Assembly: GCA_040830765.1 (NCBI GenBank)
Contig: JBFOMH010000028.1
Location: 31,089 to 95,088 of the forward strand
Source of the DNA: Puniceicoccaceae bacterium
Lineage (GTDB): Bacteria > Verrucomicrobiota > Verrucomicrobiia > Opitutales > Oceanipulchritudinaceae
Length of the DNA: 64,000 bases
Direction: 5' to 3'
Positions 1 to 10,276 of this stretch are shown piece by piece (the stretch's first letter is position 1; each line of letters opens with the position of its first letter). Made by a program: the position numbers and the translations under genes. Under the pieces are notes generated by a model, which worked only from the letters and a program-made list of their open reading frames with translations, did no database searches and was not told the DNA's origin.

Positions 1-1
1 G

Positions 2-307
2 GAGCCCATCGGCGGTAATTCCTACGGCTTTGCCAGTCTGGAATACTCCATCAAACTGGCCGATGCGATGCGGATTGCCCTCTTTTATGACTGGGGCTTT
101 GTCAACAAGGACGACTTCGACTTCAATCCCTCTACCTACAACGATAACTTCGGTTTCGGGGTGCGTCTTCTGGTCCTCGGAAATCCGCTCCGTCTCGACT
201 ACGGAATACCCATCACTTCATCGGAATATTACGATGAAAACGGGAACCTCCGCTACACCAACGATACCGGAAATCAGTTCAATTTCTCCTTTGGTACCCG
301 TTTTTAA
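2..307 (+). CDS. bamA: Outer membrane protein assembly factor BamA, C-terminal part (5' truncated)
   Basis: Open frame from window start: EPIGGNSYGFASLEY...GFGVRL...PLRLDYGIP...QFNFSFGTRF with terminal Phe; followed by skp-lpxD (classic synteny). Confidence 0.9.
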   Translation, partial: EPIGGNSYGFASLEYSIKLADAMRIALFYDWGFVNKDDFDFNPSTYNDNFGFGVRLLVLGNPLRLDYGIPITSSEYYDENGNLRYTNDTGNQFNFSFGTRF

Positions 308-376
308 ATTTGAACACCCCTTTGTTTCTGGGGTCTCTTCAACATTGACCTATCGAACAAATCCATCAAAACATTC

Positions 377-964
377 ATGAAAATGAGAAATATAAAGAAA
401 CTCCTTCTGCCCGTTCTCGCGATGGGCGCCCTTGCTTTTAATGCGGCCAATGCGGAGGTAACAATCGTTACTGTGAATCTGCAGAAGCTTCTCGACGGCT
501 ACTACAAAGCCGCCCAGGCCACACAGCGCCTCGAAAGTGTCCAGCAGCAAGCTGTCGCCGAGCGCGAGGAAAAGGCCAAGGAACTCGAAGGCCTTGTCCA
601 GGACTTCCAGACCAAGCAGGAAGAGCTCCAGAATCCTGTCCTTTCCGAGGACTCCAAGGCTGAAATGGAAGCTGAAATCCAGCAGATGGGTCTTGGTATC
701 CAGCAGAAGCAGCAGGAAGCCCAGCGCTGGTGGCAGCAGAAGGTCAATGACCTGCAGCAGCAGAGCCAGGAAATCAGCCGCGACCTCATCAATGAGATCG
801 TCAAGCTGGTGCAGGAAATCGCCCTGCGGGATCACTCTGCCGACCTTGTCCTCGACAGCAGCTCCCCGGCTGGTGGTGTTCCCACTCTCCTTTACGGCAG
901 CGACTCTCTGGACATCACCGACAAGGTGTTGAACCAGCTCAATGCTGACGCACCGACCGAGTAA
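377..964 (+). CDS. skp: OmpH/Skp periplasmic chaperone
   Basis: Signal peptide, IVTVNLQKLL, long Q/E-rich coiled coil, C-terminal DITDKVLNQLN; between bamA and lpxD. Confidence 0.9.
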   Translation: MKMRNIKKLLLPVLAMGALAFNAANAEVTIVTVNLQKLLDGYYKAAQATQRLESVQQQAVAEREEKAKELEGLVQDFQTKQEELQNPVLSEDSKAEMEAEIQQMGLGIQQKQQEAQRWWQQKVNDLQQQSQEISRDLINEIVKLVQEIALRDHSADLVLDSSSPAGGVPTLLYGSDSLDITDKVLNQLNADAPTE

Positions 965-992
965 GCCCCGCTCAACGGTCTGTAACCTTTCC

Positions 993-1028
993 AATCCCGG
1001 TCCCTCGTTGGGGACCGGGATTTTTTTG
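993..1028 (+). terminator. Rho-independent terminator after skp
   Basis: aatcccggtccc-tcgttg-gggaccgggatt hairpin followed by T-run. Confidence 0.85.
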
Positions 1029-1075
1029 TCCTGAAAACGGTTGAAAGGGTGGGATGATGGCTCAAGCTGAAAGGC

Positions 1076-2107
1076 ATGAGCTGGGAACTTTCAGTTGATC
1101 ATATTCTGCAACTACTGGGTACGGAAGCGTCCCAGGGGGAATACGCCGGGACGGTTACCGGCATAGCGGACCTCAGGAGCGCGGAGGCCGGTGAGCTGAG
1201 CTTCCTCAGTTCCAGCAAGTACGCCAAGTATCTTGCTTCAAGCAGGGCGAGTGTGATTCTGGTACCGGCCGATCAGGAGGGAACGCCAGCGGACAACCAG
1301 GTGTGGATACCGATTGAGAGTCCATCGGTGGCCCTGGCAGGAATTTGTTCCCATCTGGAAAAGCAGTTGGCTCCCCGTCCGGAGGCGGGCGTGCATCCAT
1401 CCGCGGTTGTTGATCCGGAGGCCAGTGTTGATCCGACAGCCCACATCGGACCCTTCTGTGTTATCGGGAAAGGGGCTGTCATCGGTGCCCATGCGGTGCT
1501 GCAATCCAACGTCAGTATTGAACACGGGGCCCGGGTTGGTTCCGGTTCCACTCTCTATCATGGCGCCGTGGTTGCCTGGAACTGCGTGGTTGGGGAAAAC
1601 TGTCTCATTTACCATGGTGCCAAGATTGGGTCCGACGGATTTGGGTATCATTCCGACAAGGCCGGCCACACCCGCCTGCCGCAGATCGGGACAACGGTCC
1701 TTGAGAACAACGTTGAAGTTGGGGCCAACTCGACCATTGACCGGGCCCGCTTCGCCGAGACCCGGATCGGGCAGGGGACGAAAATCGACAACCTTGTCCA
1801 GGTCGGTCACAACGTCGTCATTGGCAAGCACTGCATCCTTTGCTCCGGAGTGGGGATATCAGGAAGCACGGAATTGGGCAATTTCGTGGTACTCGCCGGC
1901 CAGGTCGGCGTGAATGGGCATATCAAGATTGCTGACGGGGTCACGGCAACGGGACAGAGCGGTGTCACCAAGGATACCCAGCCCGGCCTCATCCTCAGCG
2001 GGACGCCGGCTGGGCCGCACCGGGAGGAGATGCGCAAACAAGTCCTGATACGCCAACTACCGGATTTTATGAAACGGGTGAAGGCCCTTGAGGAACGGAT
2101 GAATTAA
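1076..2107 (+). CDS. lpxD: UDP-3-O-(3-hydroxyacyl)glucosamine N-acyltransferase
   Basis: Hexapeptide repeats, GSDGFGY, EVGANSTIDR, TKIDNLVQVGHN motifs. Confidence 0.95.
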   Translation: MSWELSVDHILQLLGTEASQGEYAGTVTGIADLRSAEAGELSFLSSSKYAKYLASSRASVILVPADQEGTPADNQVWIPIESPSVALAGICSHLEKQLAPRPEAGVHPSAVVDPEASVDPTAHIGPFCVIGKGAVIGAHAVLQSNVSIEHGARVGSGSTLYHGAVVAWNCVVGENCLIYHGAKIGSDGFGYHSDKAGHTRLPQIGTTVLENNVEVGANSTIDRARFAETRIGQGTKIDNLVQVGHNVVIGKHCILCSGVGISGSTELGNFVVLAGQVGVNGHIKIADGVTATGQSGVTKDTQPGLILSGTPAGPHREEMRKQVLIRQLPDFMKRVKALEERMN

Positions 2108-2176
2108 TTTCCATGGTATTTGTTTGCCACCCTCCGCAAGGCCTTCCATTGAATTAACACAAGTTCGATAGAGATT

Positions 2177-3124
2177 ATGCAGCTGGGTGAAATGAAAATT
2201 CTGATGGGGAGTGCCAATGTTCCCCTGTCCAAGTCTGTCTGTGAATTTGTGGGTACCGAACCCACCCATGTCACCCTGAAGCGCTTTCCGGACAAGGAGG
2301 TATTCGTCAAGATTGACGAGAACATCCGGGGCAAGGATGTCTTCATTATCCAGCCAACCTGCCCCCCGGCCAACGACAACCTGATGGAGCTGCTCATCAT
2401 GATGGATGCCGCCCGTCGGGCCTCCGCGCGGCGTATCACGGCCGTCCTTCCCTTTTATGGTTATGCCCGGCAGGACCGCAAGGACCAGCCGCGGGTACCG
2501 ATTACCGCCAAGTTGGTGGCCAATCTACTCGTGACTGCCGGGGCCAACCGTGTGCTCACGATGGACCTCCATGCCCCCCAGATTCAGGGTTTCTTCGATA
2601 TCCCGGTGGATCACCTCTATGCTTCCACGGTCTTTTTCGATTACCTGAAGAAGTTCAAGGATGAGGACCTCATTGTCATCTCCCCGGATGTCGGTGGGAT
2701 GAAGATGGCCTCCGCCTATGCGGATATGCTGGGAACGGATTTCGGCTTTGTGGCCAAGAAACGCAAGGATGCCACCGAAGTGGAGGCCACGAGTGTGGTT
2801 GGCGATGTCGAAGGCAAGTCGGTGCTTATCGTCGATGACCTTACTGAGTCTGCCGGCACCCTGCAGGCGGCTGCCAAATTACTCAAGGAACAAGGCGCCT
2901 CCAAAGTCCGGGCAGCGGTGAGTCACGCCGTGCTCAACGAGAAGGGCTATGAGCGTATGAAGGAAGGCTTTCTCGATGAATTGATCTCAACCAATTCCAC
3001 TCCGGTGGATTGCCGCGGTCTTCCGATCACCATCCTTTCCATCGCGCCTTTGCTGGGCGAGGCGATGTTGCGCATCAATAACCACCAGAGCGTCACCTCA
3101 CTCTTCAAGATCAAGGGATTTTAA
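2177..3124 (+). CDS. prs: Ribose-phosphate pyrophosphokinase
   Basis: FYGYARQDRK, DLHAPQIQGFFDIPVD, SPDVGG, IVDDL motifs. Confidence 0.97.
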   Translation: MQLGEMKILMGSANVPLSKSVCEFVGTEPTHVTLKRFPDKEVFVKIDENIRGKDVFIIQPTCPPANDNLMELLIMMDAARRASARRITAVLPFYGYARQDRKDQPRVPITAKLVANLLVTAGANRVLTMDLHAPQIQGFFDIPVDHLYASTVFFDYLKKFKDEDLIVISPDVGGMKMASAYADMLGTDFGFVAKKRKDATEVEATSVVGDVEGKSVLIVDDLTESAGTLQAAAKLLKEQGASKVRAAVSHAVLNEKGYERMKEGFLDELISTNSTPVDCRGLPITILSIAPLLGEAMLRINNHQSVTSLFKIKGF

Positions 3125-3139
3125 GGCTCCCTGACTTGA

Positions 3140-3170
3140 AATCTTTCCAAGTTTGGAAAGATTATTTTTG
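3140..3170 (+). terminator. Putative terminator after prs
   Basis: aatctttccaa-gt-ttggaaagatt inverted repeat followed by atttttg. Confidence 0.55.
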
Positions 3171-3223
3171 AATAAATCGTGCCCTTGGCGCGTCAAAACC
3201 CGGTGATGACATCATTTATTCAC

Positions 3224-4711
3224 ATGAAGAAATCGATTGATTCTGGAAAATTGAATGTGTGGCAACGCGGAACAGGCATCTGCCTGCTCCTTCTGGCATT
3301 TGGGGCAGCCCCGCTCCTGGGCGAGGAGTCCTTCCCGATGGACACCAGCCCGGTCGAGGATGGGACTTTGCCCAGCATCGCCAGCTATGCGGACACCCTT
3401 GAACCGGCGCGCTCGGCAGTGGTTTCCGTGACAACGGCGAGTATTGTCGAGATCATGCGCAATCGCGGCCGCAGCCCGATGGAGGAATTCCTGCGCCGCT
3501 ACTACGGCCTCCCGGAGGATCCCCGCCGCCAGCAACCGGATGGTGAACGCCGTGAGCAGCGTGTTCCCAATGGGCTCGGTTCCGGTGTCATTATTTCCGA
3601 GGATGGTTACATTCTGACCAATAACCACGTTGTCTCCGACAATTCCGGTGAACCCGCGGACGAGATCACCGTCCACTTGGATGACGGACGTGAAGTGGAG
3701 GCAACCCTCGTTGGCCGTGACGAGCGGACCGATGTCGCCCTCCTGAAGATTGAGGAGAGTGGCTTGCCCTTCATTACAATGGCGGACAGCAACCAGCTGC
3801 GGGTCGGTGACATTGTCTTTGCTATCGGGAATCCGCTGGGGGTGGGGCAGACCAGTACCATGGGTATTGTCTCCGCAACTGAACGGACCAACCTTGGCCT
3901 GCTAGGCAACCAAGGCTACGAGAACTTTATCCAAACCGATGCGGCCATTAACCGCGGTAATTCCGGCGGGGCCCTTGTCGATGCCAAGGGACGCCTTGTC
4001 GGCATCAACACCGCCATCTTCTCCCAGACTGGGGGGAACATCGGAATCGGTTTTGCCATCCCGTCCCGACTGGCTCGTACGGTTGTGCTGGAGCTGATTG
4101 ATAGCGGCCGCGTCCGCCGCGGTTATCTAGGCGTTTCCATCAGCGACCTCAATCTGGACATGGCGGAGGCCTTTGGCCTTGAGTCCACAGAAGGTGCGCT
4201 TGTCGAAGCGGTCCAGGAATCCACCCCGGCTGCCCGAGCTGGCATGGAACGGGGAGACATCATCACCCACATTGAAGGTGAGGTTGTTGAGTCCGTGGCT
4301 GATTTGCGCCTGAAGGTGGCCTCGATGCGTCCGGGAACAGAGATTAATATCAGCATCCTGAGGGATGGTGAGGAGGAGAATTTGGTAGTCACCCTGGGCA
4401 GTCTTGATGACCCGACAGCAGTCGTGACCGGGGAAGATTCCCCGCTTGATGGCGTCGGCCTTGAGCCGCTCACTCCAGCTTCCGCTGAGGAATGGAACGT
4501 CGATGAGGAATCCGGCATTATCGTGACGGAGGTCAACCCGCGATCGCCCTTTGCCCAGATCCTGGCCAGTGGCATGGTTATCCTGGAGGTCAACGACGAG
4601 GCTGTCTCGACCATCGGTGAACTGAATGCCAACCTGCGCCCAGGCAGGGTCAACAAGCTGTGGGTATCCTTCCGGGGCAACCGTGGTTACCTCGCCTTGC
4701 GGATTCCCTGA
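3224..4711 (+). CDS. degP: Do/DegP-family serine endoprotease with two PDZ domains (start uncertain: 3179-3224)
   Basis: GSGVII, LTNNHVV, TDVALLK, FIQTDAAINRGNSGGAL catalytic motifs; RGYLGV PDZ junction; signal peptide. Confidence 0.9.
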   Translation: MKKSIDSGKLNVWQRGTGICLLLLAFGAAPLLGEESFPMDTSPVEDGTLPSIASYADTLEPARSAVVSVTTASIVEIMRNRGRSPMEEFLRRYYGLPEDPRRQQPDGERREQRVPNGLGSGVIISEDGYILTNNHVVSDNSGEPADEITVHLDDGREVEATLVGRDERTDVALLKIEESGLPFITMADSNQLRVGDIVFAIGNPLGVGQTSTMGIVSATERTNLGLLGNQGYENFIQTDAAINRGNSGGALVDAKGRLVGINTAIFSQTGGNIGIGFAIPSRLARTVVLELIDSGRVRRGYLGVSISDLNLDMAEAFGLESTEGALVEAVQESTPAARAGMERGDIITHIEGEVVESVADLRLKVASMRPGTEINISILRDGEEENLVVTLGSLDDPTAVVTGEDSPLDGVGLEPLTPASAEEWNVDEESGIIVTEVNPRSPFAQILASGMVILEVNDEAVSTIGELNANLRPGRVNKLWVSFRGNRGYLALRIP

Positions 4712-4713
4712 GT

Positions 4714-6789
4714 TTAGTTGCTGCCGAGCAGATCGAGGCGCCTGAGGAGTGCATCCGGATCCGGATCGCGGCCCATGAAGTCGCGGAACAAGACCGCCGG
4801 GTCCTTGGCGTTGCCCATGGCCAGGACTGACTTGCGGAAGGCCAGTCCTGTTTCCTGGTTGAGGATACCTTCATCGGCAAACCGGGTAAAGGCGTCCGCG
4901 TCGAGGACTTCGGCCCACTTGTAGCTGTAGTAGCCGGCGGCATATCCGGTAGCATCGCTGAACAGGTGGCCAAAGGAGCGGATTCCGCTGTTCAACTCAA
5001 CGTTGACCGGCGGGAGGTAGCCTTCAAGGGAGTCCTTGATAAAGGCATCCATGTCGGCACCGTTGGCGGGATCGAACTCCATGTGCAGGGCGAGGTCCAT
5101 TTTACCGAGGGAGAGCTGACGCATCTGCATGCGCGCAGCGCCCAGGTTACGGCACTTCTTCATCTTTTGGAAAAGGTCCTCCGGGATGGTCTCACCGGTT
5201 TCGTAATGACGGGCAAAAAGGTCCAGGCTCTCGCGCTCCCAGCACCAGTTCTCCATGATCTGGGAGGGCAGTTCGACAAAGTCCCAGGCGACATTGACAC
5301 CCGCCAGGCTGGGGATTTTTACCTCGCTGAGCAGGTGGTGCAGGAGATGGCCGAACTCGTGGAAGACGGTCTCGACATCACTGTGGTTAAGCAAGGCCGG
5401 CTTGTCCCCGACGGGTGGTGTGAGGTTCCCGGCAATCTGCCCCAGATGCGGGCTCAGGGTGCCGTCTTCCATCGGTTCACCGGTGATCATGAAAGACATC
5501 CAAGCACCGCTGCGCTTGGATTCGCGCGGGTACCAGTCGGTGTAGAAAGAGCCAAGATGGCGCCCGTCGGCGGAATCATGAATGGCAAACAACTGGACCT
5601 CCGGATGCCAGGTGTCTGGCTTGGGATCGGTGACTTCCTTGACGGTGATCCCGAAGATGCGTTCCACTAGCTTGAACATACCGGTCATGACCGATTCCAT
5701 GGGGAAGTAGGGCCGCAGGACCTCCTCGTCGAAGTCATAGTGTTCCTTGCGCCGCTTTTCACTCCAGTAGGCGACCTCCCACTGGTTCAGGGGGGCTGGT
5801 TCACCACCGGTATGGGCAGCCTTGAATTCCTGCAGCTCCTCGATTTCGCGGTCAAATGCCGGTTTGGTCTTTTGCTGCAGGTCCTCGACAAAGGACAAGG
5901 CACGCTGGCCGGACTTGGCCATGCGCCGGGAGAGGACCCAGTCGGGGAAAATGTCCTTGCCGAGCAGGTTCGCCTTTTCCTTCCGCAGCGCGAGAATGTC
6001 CCGGATCAGGGGTTCGTTCTCAAATTTCCCGGAGTGCCCGACATCAAGGTACGCCTCCAGCAATTCCCGTCGCAATCCGTCATCATCGACAAACCGCATC
6101 ACCGGGATAAAGGAAGGGGCTTGCAGGGTGAAGCGGTACTTGGGCTCCTCCTCGGTCCCGATGCCTTTCTTGAGGGCATCGAGGCGGGCACCTTCAACGA
6201 AGGATTCCGGGAGGCCGGTCAGCTCCTCCACCGAGTCGACAATCCGCTCATACGCATTGGTCGAGTCGAGGACATTGTCGGAGAAAGTCTTGGTCTTTTC
6301 GGCGAGGATGGACTCGATCTCGCGAAGGCGATCGCGCGTCACATCCGGCAGGTTGGCTCCGGAGTCCTCGAAGTCATGAAGTGTTTCCTCAACAAAGCGG
6401 GCTTCGACAGAGTCAAGCGCCTTGGCCGCATCGGTAGCGGCGAAATTCTTCAGTTTCCGGTACAGGTCCTGGTCGAGGGGGATGTCCGCGAAGAAGGCAC
6501 TGACCTTTGGCAGAGCCGCCAGGTGGGCCGCCCGCAATTCAGCATGATCGTTGACCGCTGTCAGGTGGTTTACCTTGTGCCAGGGTTCGGAAACCTTGTC
6601 GGTGGCCTTTTCCAAGGCAACAAAGGTGTTCTCGAATGTTTCTTCGCCATCAGGGATGGCCTTGATGGCCTCAAGGCCGGCTGAACCTTGTCGGATGGCC
6701 TCATCCATACCGGGTTCCACGAGGTCAGCGGTCAGCTTCGACCAAGGGACGGAAAAGCTGTTGTCGAGTAGTAGGTTTTCAGAATGCAT
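4714..6789 (-). CDS. prlC: M3 family metallopeptidase (oligopeptidase A)
   Basis: FHEFGHLLH zinc motif, VAWDFVELPSQIMENW, GYAAGYYSYKWAEVLDADAF. Confidence 0.92.
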   Translation of the reverse strand: MHSENLLLDNSFSVPWSKLTADLVEPGMDEAIRQGSAGLEAIKAIPDGEETFENTFVALEKATDKVSEPWHKVNHLTAVNDHAELRAAHLAALPKVSAFFADIPLDQDLYRKLKNFAATDAAKALDSVEARFVEETLHDFEDSGANLPDVTRDRLREIESILAEKTKTFSDNVLDSTNAYERIVDSVEELTGLPESFVEGARLDALKKGIGTEEEPKYRFTLQAPSFIPVMRFVDDDGLRRELLEAYLDVGHSGKFENEPLIRDILALRKEKANLLGKDIFPDWVLSRRMAKSGQRALSFVEDLQQKTKPAFDREIEELQEFKAAHTGGEPAPLNQWEVAYWSEKRRKEHYDFDEEVLRPYFPMESVMTGMFKLVERIFGITVKEVTDPKPDTWHPEVQLFAIHDSADGRHLGSFYTDWYPRESKRSGAWMSFMITGEPMEDGTLSPHLGQIAGNLTPPVGDKPALLNHSDVETVFHEFGHLLHHLLSEVKIPSLAGVNVAWDFVELPSQIMENWCWERESLDLFARHYETGETIPEDLFQKMKKCRNLGAARMQMRQLSLGKMDLALHMEFDPANGADMDAFIKDSLEGYLPPVNVELNSGIRSFGHLFSDATGYAAGYYSYKWAEVLDADAFTRFADEGILNQETGLAFRKSVLAMGNAKDPAVLFRDFMGRDPDPDALLRRLDLLGSN

Positions 6790-6900
6790 GCCTATATCGA
6801 ATCACGGAAAGTGGATGCGGCAAGAACAAGGCCAAATTTCTCACCATGAAGTCCCTGATTAAGTCTGGAAATTTCCTCAGGGGTTTCCAAGGATGAGAGA

Positions 6901-7887
6901 ATGAACGAGTCCAAAGCCCTCATTTACAAGGAATACGGCCTTCCGTCGACGGTGATTGACGTGGAGACACGACCGGTGCCGGATCCGGGACCTGGCGAAG
7001 TCCTGCTCCAGGTCTTGGCGGCCCCTGTCCATCCGTCGGATTTCGGGATGATCCTTGGTAAATATGGCCAGCTGAAGGAACTCCCAGCCATTGCTGGACG
7101 CGAGGGCGTGGCTGTTGTCAAGGCCGCCGGAGAGGGCGTTACGGAATTCCAGCCCGGAGACCGGGTGGTCGTGCCCAAGGAAATGGGCTCCTGGCAGACC
7201 TGCGGGATTGTCCCGGCAGAGGGCCTGTTCCGTGTTCCGGCGGACATTCCCGTGGAAATGGCGGCCATGGTCATGGTCAATCCCCCGACGGCCTGGCGCC
7301 TGCTGCGGGATTCCGGCCTCGCCAGCGGGGATTGGGTCATCCAGAACGCGGCCAATTCCGCGGTTGGCCTGCATGTCATTGAAATGGCTCATCACCTTGG
7401 CCTGAAGACGATCAATGTCGTTCGTCGGGAGGAGCTGGTCGAACCGTTGCTCAAGCTCGGGGCGGACCACGTTGTCCTTGAGGATTCCGGCTACGAGAAG
7501 CGGATCAAGGAATTAACCGGCGGTCAGCCGGTCAAGCTGGCCTTGAATTCCGTGGGAGGGGAAAGTGCCATCCACCTGGTCAATGCCCTTTCACCGGGTG
7601 GTATCCACATCACCTTCGGGGCGATGCAGTTCGAGGCGGTCCGCTTTCCAACCCGGGCCTTGATTTTCAATGATGTCCACATGAAGGGATTCTGGATGGA
7701 CAAATGGTTCCGCAGTCATTCGCAACCCCGCATCCAGATCATGTACGACAAGATTTTCGACTTGATGCGGAAGGGAATCGTCTCTCCCTCGGTTGACTCA
7801 ACCTATCCAATTGAGGATTTCAAGCAGGCCTTTGAGCGTGCCGGGCAGCCACGCCTGGGCAAGGTGCTCTTCACGTTCGAGGCCTGA
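6901..7887 (+). CDS. MDR-family 2-enoyl-thioester reductase-like (MECR/Etr1 type) oxidoreductase
   Basis: AAPVHPSD, GREGV, VNPPTAWRLL, QNAANSAVG motifs. Confidence 0.85.
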   Translation: MNESKALIYKEYGLPSTVIDVETRPVPDPGPGEVLLQVLAAPVHPSDFGMILGKYGQLKELPAIAGREGVAVVKAAGEGVTEFQPGDRVVVPKEMGSWQTCGIVPAEGLFRVPADIPVEMAAMVMVNPPTAWRLLRDSGLASGDWVIQNAANSAVGLHVIEMAHHLGLKTINVVRREELVEPLLKLGADHVVLEDSGYEKRIKELTGGQPVKLALNSVGGESAIHLVNALSPGGIHITFGAMQFEAVRFPTRALIFNDVHMKGFWMDKWFRSHSQPRIQIMYDKIFDLMRKGIVSPSVDSTYPIEDFKQAFERAGQPRLGKVLFTFEA

Positions 7888-7895
7888 TTTTCCAG

Positions 7896-10274
7896 ATGGA
7901 TCTGCTCAGTCTGCCAGACTTTACCCGCGAGGCCTTGGCGGAAATGGGGGGCTGGACCGCCTTGCGCAGTGCCCGGACCCTCTTTGAAGCGGGGGCCGTG
8001 CAGTCCGTTAACTGGGAGAAGCCAGTGCTCAGCGGGACTGTCCGGGAAGGGGAGACCGTCTACGAGCCGAAGCTCGATTTGCGTTCCATGACCTTCGTGC
8101 GCAACCGGTGCAGCTGCCGTACCGGCCGAAGCGGACAAGTCTGTCCCCATGCCCTTGCCCTCTGCCTGGCGGCCCGCCGGATGGAGCAGGCAACGCCTGC
8201 GGCCAGCGCTCCGGAGCGGCCACGCACAGGAGCGAACCGGGTTCTGCTACCGCAAAACTGGATGGTGGTGGATGGGTCCCCAAAGTACCTCTCCATCATG
8301 CTGCGGGAGAAAAACCACCCGCAATACAGCCGTCTGGTGGACTGGTTGCGGGCGGAAGGTTTCCGACATGAGCCCAGCAACGGGAAATGGTGGCTCCGGG
8401 ACCAGCACAAGGTACTGAACTTCCTGGCCCTCAACCGGCAGAGGCTGGAGACGGACTACGATGTCGGCTTCACGGAAGGTTTCCAGGAGCGCACCCGCAT
8501 GATTCAGCCGGTTAAACTGGACTGCCAGGCGCAGAAGCAACGGAACGGCTATACCCTGCGAATGGAACTGCAGGCCGGTGACACCGATATCCGCGACATC
8601 CGTCATGCGCTTGTAACGGGCCGTCACTACATCATTCAGGACGATAAGGTTTACCTGGTGGAGAAGAGCACCCTCGATCGACTGGCCTCAGCCAGCCGAT
8701 CCCTTGGGGGCGATCCGGAACTGCCCATGAGCGGCATCTTCCAAATGGATGTTCCCGGGGCCAATCTCGCCGACACGGCCAGTGTCCTCGAAGATCTGGA
8801 GATCGAGGCCGAGTTGCCGGCTGACTGGACGGAGCGCAGTGCCGCCATCCGGGAGGTCGGGCGGCTTCAGGCGCCGCCAATCCCGGAAGCCACAGCGGCT
8901 AAATTCCGTGCTTACCAGTTGATTGGAACCGCCTGGTTGTGGCACCTATATCGCAACCGCCTCGGCGGAATCCTCGCTGATGAAATGGGCTTGGGCAAAA
9001 CCATCCAGGCTATCGGACTCATCCTGAGTTGGAAAGGGGCAGGGGAGTGTAATGGACCGGTTCTTGTGGTTGCTCCCGCCAGTCTGCTGGGAAACTGGCA
9101 GCGCGAGCTCGCCACCTGGGCGCCAGAATTGAGCGTCTACTTGCATCATGGTCCCGGGCGCTTGACGGAATTCTGGCCAGACGACAAAGAGCCGGATGTT
9201 TGCCTCACCTCCTACAGCACCTTGCGTAATGACCAGACGCTTTTTGGCGGGGAGGGCTTCTCCTTCGCGATCGCGGACGAGGCCCAACACGTCAAGAACC
9301 GCCGGACCCATGCTGCCCGGTCCCTGCGCAGTATTGATACCCCGGCCCGCTTTGTCCTCACCGGTACGCCCATCGAGAATTCCCTTGATGACCTCCGTTC
9401 GCTCTTTGAATTCTGCCTGCCGGGTTACCTCAAGCGTCCGCCCTCCGATTGCCGGGGTGAGGACCGGGCCTGGCATGACAAGCGCCATCTCGAGATGGCT
9501 GCTCCCTATATCCTCCGCCGGGGCAAGAAAATGGTCGCTCCGGAATTGCCGGACAAGATTGAACAGACCATCTGGTGCAGCCTTGAGGACAAGCAGCTCG
9601 CGTATTACCACGCCGTGCAGCAGAAGAGCCAGCAGGCGATGATGGAGATGGCCCAGTCGGGCGTATCCGAAAACCGGCTGCGGTTCGCCCTCCTGACGGA
9701 GCTCCTGCGTCTCCGTCAGGTCTGCGCCGATCCGGGACTGGTCAACCCGGAGTTCCCGCTCGAGGCCTCGGGCAAGTTTCTCGCCTTCCGGGAACTCCTC
9801 GAGGAGGCCATGGACGGCGGGCACCGCATCCTCGTCTTTTCCCAGTTCGTCAAACTCCTGAAACGTCTCCGGAAATGGCTCCAGGAGCAGGATATCCCGT
9901 CGGCCTACATTGATGGCTCGACCCGGGACCGGCTCGCGGTTTGCGATTCCTTCAACAACAATCCGGACATCCCCCTCTGCCTCATCTCCCTCAAGGCGGG
10001 AGGGACCGGACTCAACCTGACCGGTGCCGATACCGTGGTCCACTTCGACCCATGGTGGAATCCAGCGGTGGAAGACCAAGCCACCGACCGGGCGCACCGG
10101 ATCGGCCAGGAACGGACGGTAACCAGTTACAAGCTGGTCACTGAAGGAACCGTAGAGGACAAGGTCCTTGGACTGCAGTTGCAGAAAGCCAGCCTATTAC
10201 GGGAACTTCTGGACGAAAGTGCCGCCCAGTCGGCAAAGGTTGATCTTGATACCCTGAAGGCTTTAATGTCCTGA
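7896..10274 (+). CDS. SWIM zinc-finger + SNF2-family helicase/ATPase
   Basis: N-terminal CSC...CPH SWIM motif; LADEMGLGKT, DEAQ, LTGTPIEN, SLKAGGTGLNL, QATDRAHRIGQ. Confidence 0.93.
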   Translation: MDLLSLPDFTREALAEMGGWTALRSARTLFEAGAVQSVNWEKPVLSGTVREGETVYEPKLDLRSMTFVRNRCSCRTGRSGQVCPHALALCLAARRMEQATPAASAPERPRTGANRVLLPQNWMVVDGSPKYLSIMLREKNHPQYSRLVDWLRAEGFRHEPSNGKWWLRDQHKVLNFLALNRQRLETDYDVGFTEGFQERTRMIQPVKLDCQAQKQRNGYTLRMELQAGDTDIRDIRHALVTGRHYIIQDDKVYLVEKSTLDRLASASRSLGGDPELPMSGIFQMDVPGANLADTASVLEDLEIEAELPADWTERSAAIREVGRLQAPPIPEATAAKFRAYQLIGTAWLWHLYRNRLGGILADEMGLGKTIQAIGLILSWKGAGECNGPVLVVAPASLLGNWQRELATWAPELSVYLHHGPGRLTEFWPDDKEPDVCLTSYSTLRNDQTLFGGEGFSFAIADEAQHVKNRRTHAARSLRSIDTPARFVLTGTPIENSLDDLRSLFEFCLPGYLKRPPSDCRGEDRAWHDKRHLEMAAPYILRRGKKMVAPELPDKIEQTIWCSLEDKQLAYYHAVQQKSQQAMMEMAQSGVSENRLRFALLTELLRLRQVCADPGLVNPEFPLEASGKFLAFRELLEEAMDGGHRILVFSQFVKLLKRLRKWLQEQDIPSAYIDGSTRDRLAVCDSFNNNPDIPLCLISLKAGGTGLNLTGADTVVHFDPWWNPAVEDQATDRAHRIGQERTVTSYKLVTEGTVEDKVLGLQLQKASLLRELLDESAAQSAKVDLDTLKALMS

Positions 10275-10276
10275 AA

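Noticed and set aside
7896..10274. SNF2 helicase as part of an anti-phage system
   Set aside because: SWIM-SNF2 embedded among housekeeping genes, with no methylase, nuclease or other defence partners.
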